Source: Heterodontus francisci (taxonomy: Eukaryota). From it: 64,000 nucleotides of DNA. Below the pieces are notes generated by a model that did no database searches, was not told the origin of the DNA, and saw only the letters and a program-made list of their open reading frames with translations. The stretch spans positions 40,784,689 through 40,848,688 of the forward strand of contig NC_090396.1 in assembly GCF_036365525.1 (NCBI RefSeq), written 5' to 3'. Position 1 is the stretch's first letter, and each line of letters opens with the position of its first letter. Positions 62,515 to 64,000 of this stretch are shown in pieces. The position numbers were made by a program, and so were the translations under genes.

Positions 62515-64000
62515 GTGGATAAAATTATAATTTCCCTGCTTGTTCATCCATGTAGAATATTGGTTGCCTCTAATTTAAAATTTTAAGTTCAATAGTTGCA
62601 GCAGTCCCAGAATTAGAAAGGAAGAAAAGGAACCAGGGATCTTACCACTGGTCCCTATCAAATAATCATACTGGAAGGTGGAATGCTAAAAAAGAAAATA
62701 AAAAAATCCCTTATGTGTAGTCTAATGTGTCAGCTGTTGTTCAGTTGCTAGCACTCTTGTCTCTAAGTTACAAGGTTCTAGGATCAAGTCCCACTCCACA
62801 GCTTGAGCACAAAAATCAAGGCTGACAGGAGCTGTTTTCTGGACAAAATTTGAAACTGAGGCCCCATCTGCCAGTTTAGGTGGATGTAAAAGATCCCATG
62901 GCAATATTTTAAAGAGCAGCAGTGGAGATATCCCTGGTGTCTGGAACCAATATATCTTCCTCAATCAACATCACAAAAATAGATTATTTGGTCATTATGA
63001 CATTGCTGTTTGCGGGAGTTGTGTTTCCTATAATGATAACTAAACTTTAAAATACTTCATTGGCTGTAAAATGCTTTGAAATGTCCGGTGGTCCTGTAAG
63101 GTGCTACATAAATGCAAAGTTTTTTTCTATTAATTAGCAGCAAATTCCAGTTTTATTCTCATCCTTAAAGAGCTTGACATGTGAGACAGGTAAACAACAA
63201 GTTATAACGAAGGCCACATTTAGAGAGAAAAGAAAGAATGATTGTGCATTTATATAGCCCCTTTCACATTCTCAGAGCCTTCCAAAACATATTACATAGA
63301 ATGCTTTGAGTTGCAGCCACTGTTGTTGTGTAATCAATCTCAACAACCAACTTGCATGGAGAGAAGTTCCACGAATGACAAAGCGAATGATCAGTTCATC
63401 TGTTCTTGGTGGAGTTGGCTGCACAAAAGATGTTGTCCAGGACACCAAGAGAACACTTTATTTTAATTCTTCCATGGGATGTGGGCATCACTGGCAGGGC
63501 CAGCATTTGTCGCCCATCTCTAGTTGCCCTTGACAATTGAGTGACATGCTAGGCCATTGCAGACAGCAGCTAAGAGTCAACCACATTTCTGTGGGTATGG
63601 AGTCACATGTAGGTCAAACCTGGTTAAAACAGCAGATTTCCTTCCCTAAAATACCTTAGGGAACCAAATGGGCTTCTATGGCAATTAATGATACCTTCAT
63701 AGTACCATGATTGAGACTAGTTTTCAATTCTAGATTTTTACTAATTATTTGACTTTAAACTCCATCAACTGCTCTTATGGGATTTGAAACTATGCTCCTA
63801 GCTTATTCATGTGCATCAATAGTTTAGTGATATTACCACTACACCACCATCATCTTTGAATAATATATTGGGATCTTTTCTATCCACCTTAGCAGCATGT
63901 GTAGGCTCAATTTAAAGTCTCATCTCAAAGACAACATTTTCAACAGTGCCTGCTGTGACAACTGAGTGACTTGCTGGGCCATTGCAGACAGCAGCTAAGA

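Noticed and set aside
1-64000. Prokaryotic systems (CRISPR arrays, operons, defence islands)
   Set aside because: Spliced genes and vertebrate SINE/LINE content; no regularly spaced direct repeats or operon-like ORF packing.
63950-64000. Short repeat of 63530-63575 at the window end
   Set aside because: Another fragment or local duplication of the bipartite SINE; truncated by the window and uninformative.

Overview
Eukaryotic, repeat-rich vertebrate DNA. The V-SINE/HE1-type and Deu-SINE-type SINEs, CR1/L2/RTE LINEs and Penelope fragments point to a cartilaginous fish (shark). This is inferred from repeat content, not from a database match. The genic content is a + strand tandem cluster of four B7-family (PD-L1/PD-L2-like) signal-IgV-IgC1-TM-short-tail genes, reconstructed by hand from splice sites. 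Gene 1 (CDS 20487-26082, 6 coding exons, 287 aa) is Cys-rich and divergent. Gene 2 (CDS 36126-42015, 295 aa) is intact. Gene 3 (51850-52329) is a pseudogene with a lost acceptor, two stops and deleted C/TM/tail exons. Gene 4 (from 62034) runs off the window. Every copy has an atypical IgV domain with no F-strand Cys and an extra A-strand Cys, and copies 2-4 also lack the core C-strand Trp. Every copy has ISRE/IRF-E motifs upstream of a probable non-coding first exon, with GAS motifs nearby, suggesting an interferon-inducible, birth-and-death B7-like array. The rest is transposon-derived: a decayed Harbinger transposon and its MITE family, a hAT-type MITE nested in a MITE nested in a SINE, solo LTRs, a single-ORF LINE with a tRNA-like head plus its bipartite SINE derivative, and Penelope-type fragments carrying minimal hammerhead ribozyme motifs. 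Most ORFs in the supplied track are repeat-derived or spurious. Repeat boundaries without a stated TSD are approximate.
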